A DNA stretch of 64,000 nt from Thalia democratica (taxonomy: Eukaryota). Positions 38,038 to 52,900 of the stretch are shown here, piece by piece; position 1 is the stretch's first letter, and every line of letters begins with the position of its first letter. The stretch is taken from positions 103,974,001 to 104,038,000 of the forward strand of contig OZ241826.1 in NCBI GenBank assembly GCA_965202585.1. Reading direction: 5' to 3'. The notes under the pieces were generated by a model that saw nothing but the letters and a program-made list of their open reading frames with translations, was not told the origin of the DNA and did no database searches. Both the position numbers and the translations under genes were made by a program.

Positions 38038-39962
38038 GATTATATTTATGTTGAATTTATTTTCGCCTGCACTTAACTTGTTAAACAATTTAAATAGTGT
38101 ATCTAAGGTTTTTTTTTTATGATTATTTAAAAAAAAGCTATTAACTTAGAATCGTTTTTATTATCAAAACTAATTATTTTAGGACATACTTATACCTAGT
38201 CAAAATATTTTTTAAGCCTTAAATTCTAAACAAAAACATGTTTTAACAATATAACTAAACATGTTTTAAGTACAGTTTTAAATCTAGTTTATTAAACAAA
38301 CGAAAATATGCTCAAAAAAATGACTAAATAATATAATCGTATCAAGTAGAAACAAAAACAAATAATATTTCTAAACCCTTCTAAAACAAAAGCATTCTAA
38401 ACAGGCAGTTAAATTATCAATAAAGAAATAAAAATGTAAATCCACTAACTTTTTTAACTATTTTTAAAATCTTAACAATGAAAACCAAAGCAATAGTAAA
38501 ACTTAAACAAAAATTAATTTAAGTAGTGTTTTAAAACCTTCAAGTTAGTTTTTATGTATCTTTAAGACTTGCATAAAAAAGATAATAAGATACTTTGTTT
38601 CTATAATCTAAGAAGTAACAAAAACTAACCTCATAAAAACATTTGAACCACTAATGATAACAAAATATTACACAACTGCATATTTGGATTAATAGCGATT
38701 AATAAATGAGCATACTAATCTCTTGTATTATGTAGTTACTAGGTGACTGCTCATTTTACTTATTCAGCTTAACCTTTATTATTCAATGTATAAATTAGTA
38801 ATTGGTTGTATAAATTAAAAGCAATTAGTAAATCAACTGACACCCGTGCTTTTGTTTTGTATTTAAACACTATATTATGAGTGTTGACTACACAAATACA
38901 CCTTGAAATTTATCTTGTTTGTTGTTGTAAACTTTATTTTTACTTTAATATTAATAAATTGCTTATCATAAAAATACTTCTACAGTTACTAAACTATAAA
39001 GTTTTAAAAGTTTTCAATTGCTTAAACTTAGTATCTACCAGACTTTTTTGTCAAGGTACGGCCAAATCCAAGTTTATTTAAAGAAAGGTAATAGTTTTTT
39101 TTAGAACAAAGTGTCTATTTTGTAACTATTTTATTAGTAACTATTTTGAAAGTTAAACTCATTAAATTTATAACAAAAAGCTTTATTAAACGACAATTGT
39201 AAGCCATTAAGCGTTTTTTTTTAATATTTGGAACGTTGACAAAACGCTTTTTAAGTAAATCGTACGTTTGAAAAACATTGAACATGTATTATTTTTTCAT
39301 TCAAAACAATTCAAATATAAGAAGCTTTACTCAACATAATTTATCAGAGTTATATTTATTTAAAGTTTTTTGTTAAGGTTAATATTTGTAAATGCAAAAT
39401 ATAAATACAAACTTGAAAATTAAGAACATATATAAGCAAAAATTAAGCAAAAATATCTGGAGGTGATCTGTAAAATCAGTTTATTTGTAATACTAATAAC
39501 AATTTTTTTTTGAATACGAGATAAAACACTTCAACAAAGTGTGCAGATTTGAAAACTTTGAGGATTGTGTATATTGTACAAAACTTTATAATCTTTTAGC
39601 TGTTTTAAAGCACTTGAAGTAAAAAATAAATTTCATCATAGTTTATTATATTTAGACACGTAACTTTATTTAAAAAAAACTAACCAAAAATCAATGATTA
39701 ACGCGAACCAAGCGTTATCTAAAGCGTTTATTGGTATACTAAAATAATGTTTATTGTTTTGATTCCACTTTCATGATTATATAATCCTATATTTTTTAAT
39801 TACTTTTTCTCCATTAACACTTGTATAGTTTCAGCTTAATATTTAGTTTACTCGGATTTATGTACAGTTTATATTTTGGCGGGTGTTTAGCTTGTTTTTA
39901 ACAAAGAAATAATTTTGAAAGCTAGCTAAAATATGTGAAAAAGATAAATTATAACGTTACCT

Positions 39963-40248
39963 CAAGGGTCGGCAAACTTAAAGGGCCCGCGAGGTACTTT
40001 TTATGTAAATACGTACTATTTTGAAACCAGAAAAATAAACGGTTTTGTATTTAAAACTTAGAGTTAGACTTTTAATTCAATAAAAACACTTTACTGGTGT
40101 TTTATTATTGCTTATTTAACCATATTTTTGGTTTTAAACATTATTTCCATGCTGCTATTTTATAATGACTGCGGTACTCGAAGTCTACTTTTTACATAGT
40201 GCGACCCGCCAGCAATTTTTTCGAGTTACAAAAGGTTGCCGACCCCTG
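39963..40248 (+). mobile_element. hAT-type MITE (CAGGGGTCG family)
   Basis: CAAGGGTCGGCAA...TTGCCGACCCCTG termini; internal similarity to 9421-9748. Confidence 0.7.
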
Positions 40249-40928
40249 CAATATCTCTATACTAGAAAAAATGTATTATTATTGTTTATTATTTACCATG
40301 ACAACAATGGAAACATACGTAGATTATTGATGTTTTAACATTAATATTTCTAATTTTTTAGTATGCTGTTACTGAAGTCTTAACCATTTTTCAAAACTAT
40401 AGTAAAACTTAAACTAAGCTCTTGGTGTTTCTAAACATCAGTAGAAAACCATATAAGTTTTAAGATTTCAAATGTGTTATGTTTACAAAATTAAACATTT
40501 ACCACACTTTTTACTTAATATATATACATTTTAGTTTTTAAAGCTATGCAGTTACAACTGTTATTCATAATACTTTTATCAATATTTTAAATAATAAACT
40601 AATACTTTAAAACAAACAACCAAGTTTTGTCAGCTTTTATAAAGCTTTTTTTTAATGCAGGAACAATAAAAAATAAAAATAAACAAAATTTTAAAATACA
40701 ACACTTTTTTTGGCAAGCTAAGAGCTTATTTTGAATGCAGTAAAAATAAAATAATAAAAAAAGGCATCGAAAACATTTGCATCACTAAGTAAATATTAGT
40801 AATGACAAATATTGACGACAGATACGAGTCTCAGGTCTGTTTCAAGAATTCATCGGCCGGTCAGGGTATTATAGAAATCTGGTTTCTATAAATAATCAGG
40901 TTGTCATAGAGACACGTTTCCACGGAGA

Positions 40929-43900
40929 TCAGTTGTCATGGGAGTCCTTGGATCCCACTCCAGCTGTCATGGCAACTGCGTGCCTCTTTATTGTGTCATC
41001 AAAGCATTTTTGCAAGTCTGATGACATCCCTCTCTGGTAGTGCGACAACTGGAAAAATTTAATGTTTCAAAATTTGGAAATCAAATATTTATGAAGTTTT
41101 AAAAACAACTAGTTTGTTTGTTTGGCTTGTTACTAATTAGTGTGAAAGATTTTAAACAGTATAAGTGCGAAAATATAAATCTAAAAACTAATGGTGAGAT
41201 TTTGCTAAAAATTAATTATACTCACCTCACTACCGAAGGATGGGTTCTTGTATGACGTCATCTTGGTGACGCTGACGTCATAATTTGTCGGTTTCGTGAC
41301 GCACTCTGTGTTCATGTCACAGGTGCATGACGTAATTTGACGGTAGTTGATCGTTTGCTGTAAATTATTATATTTATTTTGTGATAAAATCTAAATCTTT
41401 AGAGGTTCATCTTTAAAGACTTATTAAAAGCTAATAAATATGTTAGTTGTTAAATTATTTTTACAAAGCATACAAGACAAATAAAGCTTTTAACTAAAAA
41501 ACTAAACATTTCATCAAGTTTAAATGTTATTTAGATATAACATTTTTAATTATATAATTATATATTATATATAAACTACATAACAATTCCCACTCACAAC
41601 AGTATCGTCAAGGCAGTCGGTGGTCACGGTGACATTGTCGTAAGTGGACGGTGTGCAGCAGGTACAGGTGTGCACCATTTGCAGGAAGGAGGCACCGGAC
41701 GAGCACAAACCGCTGCACCACGTCACAACTATCGGTTGCCTGGCAACGCAGCCGTTTTCGAACTGGTACTGGTCGACCGTGGTTGATGACAGGTCACATG
41801 GTCGCTCGGTGAAGGAGCCTGATAAGGTGTTTTTTATTTTTTAGTTTATTATTTTCACGGTCTACTGTAGTTATTGAAAACTTACTAATCATTAATTCAA
41901 AAGCTTTTTTTTTCTTTTTTGATAAAAATAAAAAAAATTAATCTTAGATTTTTTAAAGTACTTAAAATTAAAAACTCTATCAAGTATATTTGTAAAAAAT
42001 CGGTTTAAAAAAAAACTTTAAATGCTTAATTTTTATCACTAATTATATTTGAAATGAAATTTGTCTAAATAAAATACAACCACTTACATTCTTGGCAACA
42101 TTTATCTTTATCATAGACAACTTCTCCCTGTAAAATAAAAATAGAAACTTAGTACTTTAAAGCTTTGCGTATACTAAAAAATATTGTCAGCATTCTTTTT
42201 TAGTGTATGTTTACATATAACTTTTAATTTATTCAAAAGCAAGAAAAATTTATCTGTTTTTATTTTTATTCAAATAGCTTTTGAAATCTAAAACTTTAAG
42301 TAATTTCCAAAAGTTGCTTTAAAGTGCTACTTACTCCCATTTTGAGGCAGTTTTCAGCATCAAATACAGGACAGTTTACTCTTTCTTCCAATAAAAGAAC
42401 AAAGCCATCACCATCATCTACACATTTGTAAACTTCACATCTGTCTCTGGTTGTATCTCCCATCTAAGTTATAAGAGTTATAAAAATAACACATAGTTAA
42501 TAAAATTGTAAACATTACATTTATCTCTGATTGTATCGCCTTTCTAAATTATATTAGATTTTAAGTTTTGCTTAAAATAAAAGTTAAAAATATCTACTAC
42601 GTGGATATTGTTTTACTAAATACTTATAAACAAAAAAACAAGAAGGAATATTATAAATTTAACTACTTTTACAACAAACAATAAACCTCTAATAATGTTG
42701 GTGTGTTGTCAATAGAAATTGAACATCTTATTGGTTTACATCTTCCACAACAATCTCCTGCTACTTGTTCTCTCTCAAAGTCCTAAAATGCGAAAAAGTA
42801 TTGAGTTTTATAAGCTTAAAAGCTATTTTTATCTTAATATGAATATAAATGCAGGATTTGTAATTAAGTATACATAATACATGTAATGATATTTTTAGTT
42901 TTAAAATATTTTTAAGCTTTAAAAACAATAACAAAAGTAAGTAAAGTCATACTAATACCTACTGCTACACAAGTTATTACTATTTCTCAAATCAACTTAG
43001 TAAGCCAATAAACAGTATTGCTTTTATATTTAGTGGGAAGATTTGTTTTAAAAAAAAATTCTAAAATTACAAATCACAATTATTTGTTGAAAGTCCAAAC
43101 AATTGCCGAACAAACCATAGGACATGGGGTGCAAGTAATGTGTTGGCAGGTAGTCACATGGAAACCATCTTCACCCCTTGTTGTTAGAGAGCAGTTGCAA
43201 GACGTACAATCATCTGGTTGCCATACACTGCCCGGTTGTTTCTATAATAATTAGTTTGGTTACAAACTGTTTAGATATAGTAAGTACAAAGATTGTAATT
43301 TAAAATTTATTGAAGCTTAAATCAAGCTAATAACACATTAACTGCTTTGTAATTATTAATTAAAACTTATTTTATTTGGAAAAAAAGCTTTTAACTAGAA
43401 TAGTAACTTTTTAACTTTAACAAAGAAATATTTAACAAATTTCAAAGTACACTATGTAAAAACTCACAATAGTTTTGCTGTTATCAGCGTCTGTTATGCA
43501 AACTTCAGAAGGTTCTGTAAAAAAATGTATCGCTATCAATTTTTTTCAAAAAGATACTTGACAAGCTAGCTAATAGTGATATATTCATACAAATTGTCAT
43601 TGACGTTACGAAAATATTTGCTTCTATATTATTAGAAAGAACATGTCAATTTGATACTCTTAAATAGTTTGTTTTACTTGTTAACTAAACACATAACATT
43701 ATTTAAACAAACCACAAGTGCATTTATTACAGCATTGAGTTTAATCACAATATATTAATAAAAAATAAAAACTCTTAAATGAGTCTAAAACATCATTAGT
43801 TGAACATGTAAAACTAACTAATCAATTCATATAATGTAAACTTACCGCAAGTGCACTTATTGCAGCACTGCGTTTCGTCGCAGCTCAGCTCGTACCCGAA

Positions 43901-46900
43901 CTCGCATTCTTGTGACGTCACAGTTTCCGGACAAACGACTTCCTTGTGAGTGACGTGAGGTTTGTCGTTTATGACGTCACAAACGTACATTCCGCACGAT
44001 CCCTCACCTTTCCATTCCTCGCCAACCTGAAATTTGTTTGACGTCTTAATAATACAGAGTTAATTATCGAATAGTCGAACAGAAAAAGTATAACATATCT
44101 TTTTATTTTAACTTTTATATTTGTTTAATTAATTTTCAAGTAGTGCGTAAAATATATATTCTTTAGTCCTTTTGAACTCCTTCTTATGTTTTTATTTATA
44201 ATGAGAAACTATGACTTTAAGGCTTCACATTATATTTTACAGAATATTTTCAAAAGCAATTGTTAACAAAAAATAGAAAAGAAACATTTTATTCAACTAA
44301 CCGAGTAAAGATCGAACTTTCCATTTTGGTTTTCAACAACGCATTGTGTTAGTTCGCATTCAGGACAACACTTGCCTTCCACTTCTACTGCTTCATATCC
44401 CTGTTTAAACAACAAAAGATAAACAAAAATTTCAAATGGTTTCGGAAATTTTTTTATAAGATATCCTATGAACATGCAGCAAGTAGAACAACCTTCTCAA
44501 ATAAAACTCTGAATAGAAGAACTTATATCAACAAAAGCTAACAAGTACAATAACAACTAACAGGTTGACAAGTGTTGCAAGTCTCATTGATGTTCTCGCT
44601 CATAATCACGTGACTTCCCTGTTCGTTCACGCATGAAAGCACATAGCACGGATGAACTTCGTCCTCCCAAACATCTCCGTCATGCTTCACTGATTTCACG
44701 CCGTTGTCGTCCTCATACACGCACACCGGTCGTGGTACTGTTTGTGAAAAACGACTAAAATATAAAGACTTTTTATAAGTATATAAATAGATAAAGTTAC
44801 AAAATATAAGTAAAACAGTTATTCCACTTGGAGTCCATTAACAGAAATTAGTAAAATCATAAGCATTTTTTTCCTAGGTGCAAATTTAATGAAAACTTTG
44901 GTCTTTAACATAAACTTGTAAAAATTTGTTTACAAACTAAACTGAAGATAGTAATTTTTTTGTAAATATATTAACAAATTTTTAAAAAGTTCTTTTATTA
45001 AAACTAGAAATAAAATATATAAAACACTTTTTTATGCAAATTGGCTTATATTAGCCGATATTTTTATGTAAATTTTACAAAACATACCACAAGTGTAAGT
45101 TGAGCAGCCGCAACCATCAGTACTTCTTTCAACTTCTTCTCCCTGATAAATATTAATAAAAATTTTCTTGAGTGTTGTTTTCTTTGTTTTGATTAATATT
45201 TAAGCAATGAAGCTACAAAAAATACATGCTTAATTAATTGGTTTATTTTTAGTTGGTCGAAAATATACAGTTTTTTAAATAATAAACTGTTCGTAAAACG
45301 TAAAGATAAAATAGTCAGAAACATTTGTTATTAATGACTAAAATATATACGAAACTAACAATTTCACACTCAAAGGTTGCGTCATCACCCTTGAAGCTTC
45401 CATCTGGACATACGTCAGGACACTTGCATATGACGTCATCACAGCACGGTGTGGGAATTGAAGTGGGGACAAGAGGAAGGTGGCATTTGAGAGTGGGTTT
45501 CACACATTTCGATCTTGAAAATAGCTTTTATTGAATGTTGGCTTTAAAAACTTTGAAATAACTGTTCATTGTGCTGAAAACTTTAATTTTTAACAAATCA
45601 GTACAGTAACCTCTCGCTTATTTACGCACATTGTGTCCACAGAAAAAATGCGTAAAGATACGAGAGATCGTAAAGATACGAAAGGTACCAAATATACTTA
45701 CTATAATGACTGTTTTTTGATGTTGCTTCTAGTTAAAAGCAGACTGGAAACTTTCCAACTTTTAACAATTTGTTTTCTTAATTTATAAATATGAAAAAAA
45801 AAGATAAAACTATACATATATTTAAAAAAGGGGTTTAAATTTATATTAAATAATAATACTTGTTAAAATTTTTTACTAATTTTGATATTAATAATAAACA
45901 ATTGAGATTTGTGTTAATTGTAAACTCTTTATTTATTAAGTACTACTGCTACTTTTTGCTAGGAAGTTTCATTAGATTTCTTTTTTAGATGTTGATCCAT
46001 ACAAAGGGCAAGAGTGCTATATTATTTATTTGTGTTTTAAACTCTCATTATTTCATTATACTTTCAATAATACAATTTACCCCAGTCATATTTCTTTCAG
46101 AATTTTAATTTAATTTCTTATTTTTAATAAAATTTCTGATTTACTTTGGTATAACTAAATGTTTATCAATTAGTTAAGAACATAATTTTACAAAGTCTAA
46201 AGGTATAGAGAGGTGAGTTAGCATCCAAAAACATATTTTAAATAAAAAATATACAATAAACCTATTTTGTGCAATATTAGAAAAAGATAAAGTTTTCATT
46301 TTTGGAATCTTTTAGAATTCTAAAATGCGTAACTAAACGAGAGTGCGTAACGTCATGAGTGCGTAAAGTTACGAGAGGTTACTGTAACAAAAAAACAGAA
46401 CGATAAATGATTTAAAACTACTAATAATATGTTTTTAATTGATTTTCAGATAGTTTACACAAAAATAAGCAATATTATACACAACAGTAAATTTTACCTG
46501 TCACAAGCGCATTCGTACACTGGTTTGCAAATACTTGCTTTTGATTGGACAAGAGTTTCCTGCATTCCGTATTTACACGAAGGAGGTCTCACCGCAGGAC
46601 ATGCAGTGTAATTACATGCTGTTTAGAAAATTGTTTAAATTGATAAACAGGTTGGTAAGGAAATTGTTATTTTAATGCTTACTTTAGTGGCGTATTTATT
46701 TATTCTTATATTTTCAAACAAAAATTTTGATTCTAAAACAAAAGCACCAGCTAAAATCATTGTTTGCTACAAATTTTAAATTATAATTAGTTTTTGTTTC
46801 ATGCTGCACAATCTTATTATATTCAGATTAAGGTTTTTCTTACTTATTAGCAACTAGCACTTAAGGTAAATGAATCTAAATGAATTTTCTATACTTCAAC

Positions 46901-49900
46901 TGAAAGTACTGTTGTACTTAACTATTTATTAGCAACCAGTACTATATGATAATAGATTCAAACTCACCGCACTCGTACTGTGGACAACAAGCTGAAGACC
47001 CGACAGTCTGCTGCAAATACTGGCATGAGTCCTGGCACACTGGAGTCTCACTCTCAGGACATGTTTGTTCGGTGCATTTGATCTCAAGTGTTCTTCCGTC
47101 GCACGAACAAATCACACAGGGGTTTTCTTCATCCACCCAAGAAACTCCCGACTGTTAGAGTTTAATAGCTTTTAACATTTATAACAAAGTTTTCTATATG
47201 GTTCTGTTTTTATATATATATTTATTTCTCTACTTAACAATAATAGTTATGTTTTATACTTTAGTTCTTTTGAACAATTATCCCTTTCGATAATAGGTAA
47301 TTTTAAAAACTGTTTAAGAAAAACTTGTTATGAAATTATTTTTTAAAGTTGATAACAAATATCTATATTTTCCAAAAATAATTTATCTTACTTCTCTGTA
47401 TATTCCGGCTTCCTGATCAAAGCACATATCACACAGTTCTTCTTTCTGGCACTTTCCACTGATAACAACTTCTCCCTCAGGACAATCAATGAAGCACCCT
47501 TCAGCCTTCTCCATGCTAAAATCCTCCTCATACCTGTTTTCGCATGTTCTCTCATAAGGTTGCTTCCTGCATGGAGAATACACGTGGCCATCGGGACATG
47601 TCAGTTCTGTTTGGAAAAAAGTACTATTTCAATTTAGTTGAAAAATAGTATGTAAATGTTTTAATTTCATTCTATTAAAGCAAAGTTTTTGGTTTTTCAT
47701 TTTTTACACCTAGCAAGAAAAGTAGTTTTATACATAATCTATTTCAAAACAAACTATGTATAGATACAAGTTCAATTTAGAATAAAACTTAAAGTATATC
47801 TATATTTTACCAGTTTAATACATCAAATAAATACTAACCACACTGTTCAGTTCTCCAGTCAATACACTTTCCAGCGTGTTTGCAAGCTTCCGCAAAGCTG
47901 GCAAGTGAATCACAAGCAGTTCGTTTCTCCTTACAAGTATCTACTTTGCACGATTCATAGTATCTCTCTGTAATTATTTGGATTATCTTTTCAGTCACAA
48001 ACAGTTTTAAGTTTAGAAAATTCGTTTTTATTAGGCTTTTTTTTTGCTTTTTTTTTATATTTTCAAGTATATTAAAACTAGTTGAGGAAACTAAAATAAC
48101 AATTCAGAGAAAAATATTCTAGAAAATATGTACATTTTTCAAACTGTTTAGTTGTCTAAGAAAATCAAGTTCAAGTAACTTCGCTACAAACATAATTTCA
48201 TTACACCGTACAACTTGAAATGCCAATAAAAGTTTTACTACCATAACTTATAGCATCGCGACAATTTTTGAACTCTGGCTTGTTGATGATGTCATCACAC
48301 ATTACGTCATAGTTGTCGTTACAAACTGGCGGTTTCGGTTCCGGTTCCACGCAGTCGCCCTGATAATAAAAGTTTTTTTATAAAAGACTAAAACAGTTTA
48401 TGAGTATAAAGAACAATATAATAGAATATTTTCTTTTAGAAGATTGTTTCTCTAAATTCTTTAGTAATACCTTTAAAATATTTTAAAAAACATTATAGAA
48501 AAATTAAATGAGAAAAAAAAACTATTGTGACCCATAATTGTCGAATTACTAGGATATTAAACTTATATGTTTAAACAAATATACCTCTTCAACGAGCCAA
48601 TCGTGGCCCATTTTTGTCGGGTTCGGCGCCAAACTTCCGTCTTTCAGTTTCAGTTCATCAGCTTTTCTCCTATTGCAGTTACCTGCAAAGTAGAATCGAT
48701 TTTATTACAAGCATGTTTATATACATACTTGTTGCATTTGTTTTCTGTTTACGAAGACAGTTTTTAACTTAGATTTTTGAAGTACAAAAATGATACAAGA
48801 TGTAATTGCTTGTAGTTTGTTTGTAAGGCTTATTATTAAAATAAAAAATTGTAGAGAAATTTAAATTTGTCCCATTTTTATAACTCATACTTACCGCAAA
48901 GCCCCTCAACTCTGCTGTCCCACTGATAAGCGGGCAGGGTAGCAGTCACTAGGTGGTGCTCAGGAGTGAACTCGAGTTCCAACCCGATCATTTCGCTCTT
49001 CACTACTAAAGTGTACTCGCCAACCTCCGTTATCCTCATGTTCATTCCCTCGTCGTATGGTAGTTGCGCTACGTAATCGTTCACAGTGACCTATTTTTAT
49101 TTCATGATTAATCACTTTTTTAAAACAAGAAAAAATCCTTAAGTACAAAACTTTTAGAAACAAACTCCCAACTAGCTATTCAAAAATATTTTGTTATAAC
49201 TATATTTTCCCAGTTAAAAAAAACTTAGTCAAGAGATTTGGTGAATTCTAATATTCTATTATTATGTCATGTAAACATAAAAACTTCAAAAAACAAAGTC
49301 TAAACTAACGGTGAGATCGGGTGACAGCAGATACGTCATTTCTCCTCTTTCGATCTTAACTGACGTAATGCAGGCCACTGTTACGTCATCAGTGCAAGGA
49401 ACTGCCGAGTAGCTTACGGTGAACTGTGACGTAGGATCTTTTATCTTGTCTGATGACGTAATGAGGGTCCTGCTTCCGCATTCTTGGGTTGTGGGGGCTG
49501 GGATCGTGTAGTAAGATCCGTCGAATGTGTGGAACTGTGAATCTCCTCCCAAAGAACAATAACCTAGTAAAATAAGTTTTTTGAACAACGGTTTTTTTTT
49601 ACTTTTAGTTGTAAATGTTTATAGTAGTTTTTACAACACTATTAGCACAAGTCATGCATATATATACACTGTTTTTTGTTCTTATCTATTTTTTACGCAA
49701 ATCAAAAATGTCACAAATCAAGCTTTATTTTAGGTTGTGAAAGTTTTTAAAAATACATTAAATATTTTTAATTTTCTTTTGTCAATTTTTTTAATATTTA
49801 TTCAAAACTATCTTACATTGACATTCCCATTGACAGTTGCAGTCTTCATCCAGATACAACACAGGTTCGAATCCGTTATCACACATTGGTCGCTTTTGCT

Positions 49901-52900
49901 TCTCACAAGCGAGTCTCTTATTATGCAGCACAACCAACCCGTCATCGTGACATTTGTAGTACTTGCAAGAATCTCCTTCGTCTGGGTAGATCACTTCATC
50001 CAGCTCGAGTATCTGGTGTTAAAATAAATAAGAATAGCTGATATTTTTTAGTTTGTTATAAACAGTAATGATTTGAAGTAAAATGGACAAATATTGTTTA
50101 ACTACATTAAAAAAAAAATACAGATTTTAGAAAAGATAAATAATGTAAGAACTGTTGCATGAGATCAAACAAATATAAGTTTATTTAAAACTTCTTATTT
50201 TAATATTTACATGTAAGATTTTTTTTTTCTTTTTATTAATCAAGCCATACAAAATGAAGTTACCTGAGTAGATGCAGTTTCATCATCATAATGCAAGCAA
50301 ATGTTTTCAGAATGAGTTGTAGATTGTAGCTCCGTTGTTATTGCTTTAGTAGTTTCTGCTTTTGTTGTAGGCGCTTCTGTTGTTGTTGTCTTTTTAGTTG
50401 TAGGTTCAACTTTCTCTGTCGTTGTTGTCTTTTCAGTTGTAGGTTCAACTTTTTCTGTCGTTGTTGTTTTTTCGGTTGTAGGCTCAACTTTCTCTGTAGT
50501 TGTAGTCTTTTCTGTTGTAGTTGTCTTTTTAGTTGTAGGTTCAACTTTTTCTGTCGTTGTTGTCTTTTTAGTTGTAGGTTCAACTTTTTCTGTAGTTGTT
50601 GTCTTTTTAGTTGTAGGTTCAACTTTTTCTGTAGTTGTTGTCTTTTCAGTTGTAGGTTCAACTTTTTCTGTCGTTGTTGTCTTTTTAGTTGTAGGTTCAA
50701 CTTTTTCTGTAGTTGTTGTCTTTTTAGTTGTAGGTTCAACTTTCTTTGTTGTGGTTGCTTTTTCAGTTGTGGTAGTTTTGTCTGTTTTCTGTTTAGTAGT
50801 CGTTGTTTTTTGTGTTGTAGGTTTAACTCCTTCTGTAGTTGTCTCAACTTCTTTTTCAGTAGTTGTAGTAACCTTCTCTGTGGTTGGTTCAGACTTCACA
50901 GTTGTTGTTGTCAATTTAGCTTCTGTTGAAGTTGCTTTCGTTTCTGCTGGTATGAGTTTAGTAGTTGTTGAAACTTCTGTTGTTGGTTGAACGATTGCAG
51001 GCTCTATTGAAATTAAAAGTAAATAGGTAAATGGATTGAAAAACTGAATAATTTATATTCAAAATAACGAATTGGAACATTTATCTAGAGAATAATTGAT
51101 TATTGTTTATCAATTTCAAGTTTATTTAACACTTCTTTTTATGTTCTATGTACAATTTTGTAACAAACGTTGTTAATGTTCATTGTCATGATAATTAACT
51201 ATTAAAAAAGGGCTGTATTTTATTCTATCACTAAAAGTGTTCATTCATTTCTATCTAAACATTTTTAAAGGTTTTATTAGTGCGCAAAATACCTGACAAC
51301 ATCTTAAAAAAAATTTAAACGCTACCTTCGGTTTTGCAGTACAGTATTGACAAGTTGACAGCCGCGTTCTGAAGCTGCATGTTGTCAGGCATGATGACGC
51401 CCTCTTCACCCTCGGTGGACAACCTTTCGATCAGGTTTTCCCTGGCGGAGTTGACGCCGACGGCCGCTATTTTGAAGTCGTGATCCTCGTGGAGCTCCGT
51501 CACCAAGCTGTCGACCGAACCCGTGCTGTGAGTGTTCGCCAGCACCACTATCGCCTGTTAGGAGTGAATATATGTTTAATGGTTGAAACTTTTCTACAGT
51601 TAATAAAGTTTTTAGCTTTATCAGATACTGTATTTTAAACATGCTAAACTTAGTTGCTGAAACAAAATATATTTAACTAAGCCTTAGTAAAGTTTTACTG
51701 TTACTCAAATACGACATACTGTATTTACATAGAAAGCATCAGTTAGCTTATTTCTAGTTTATGGTAGTTTATTGATCTTTTATTATGCTTGTTAAAACTT
51801 TCAGTTACATTTTTTCTTGATATTTTATGTAACTAAAAGATTTGTTTTAACACTAAAAAATTTTTTGAAAACTCAACTTCTTCTTGAAACTTTTGAATAA
51901 GTAGTTCACTTTTACTTCACGACAAAAAGACCTATACCTTTTTAACTTTAATTTAATTCAAAGTTATATACCTTTTTAACGGGCCTTCCATCATCGGTTA
52001 TTGATCTCGTCTTCCTGACAATTTCATCTTTCACTTTCTTGAGAGCTTTCGAAACATCAGACGGCTTCGGAGGACTCGGTTTCAGTTTTGTGAGAACCTC
52101 AGCTATCTTAGTGATGTTTGTGCTCAGTTCTAGCTCGATCTAACATGTGATTGAATATTTTAATAGTGTTTATAACCTTTAGTTGTCTATGACTAGTTAC
52201 AAAATAAATCAGAAAACATACTATTCTATTACAATATATGTATACTTTATATAAGTTTAAGAAAAGGTTTTTAAACACGTTAATCTAAAATACTAACAGA
52301 AAATTAATTATATAAAAACCTTTAAAATATTTAATACATGTCTAGAAAATAAACTTAAACTTGCGACTCAAAAAGGCAAAAGTACATTTTGTAAGTAGAA
52401 TAACAACTACAAACTAACAGTAGCTCCTTCATTATCGTATGAGATGATGCTTCCTCTGGAGCAGTTGTTTCCGATGTAAATTCCTCGCAGGAACTTCAAA
52501 GCGAACGCTGCCATTTCCCTCAGTTCCTCCTCATTGTCGGTTGCTGTGTCGATGATCGTCACAAGGTCGTAAGCGTTGTCACAACAAGCGGCAGGGTCAT
52601 CTGTTAAATGTTAGAAACATAAATTTTAATATTTATAAAATTGAAGTATTCATTACTTAAAATATTTTAAAGATCGTATGCATTGTCACAACATGCGGCA
52701 GGATCATCTTTTTTATTTGATTGTTAGTTGTTTTATACAGTATTTTTTAACTAACCTTTAAAGCATTAAAAAAGCTACATTCTTTTAGATAGATTGTGTT
52801 AAACTTTTGTGTTTATCATATTTGTGTGTTTCATCTGTTATATTTGATAGTTGTTTTGTACACAGTATATTTTAACTGACCTTTTAAGCATTTAAAAATT

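Noticed and set aside
40860-40935. Selenocysteine or readthrough at the mucin TGA (second in-frame TGA 11 codons later; 8-bp hairpin at 40870-40890)
   Set aside because: No SECIS core or known readthrough context recognised; the short AT-rich hairpin is expected by chance.
43160-43190. Integrin-binding RGD as in vWF
   Set aside because: The sequence is TRGEDG (RGE), not RGD.
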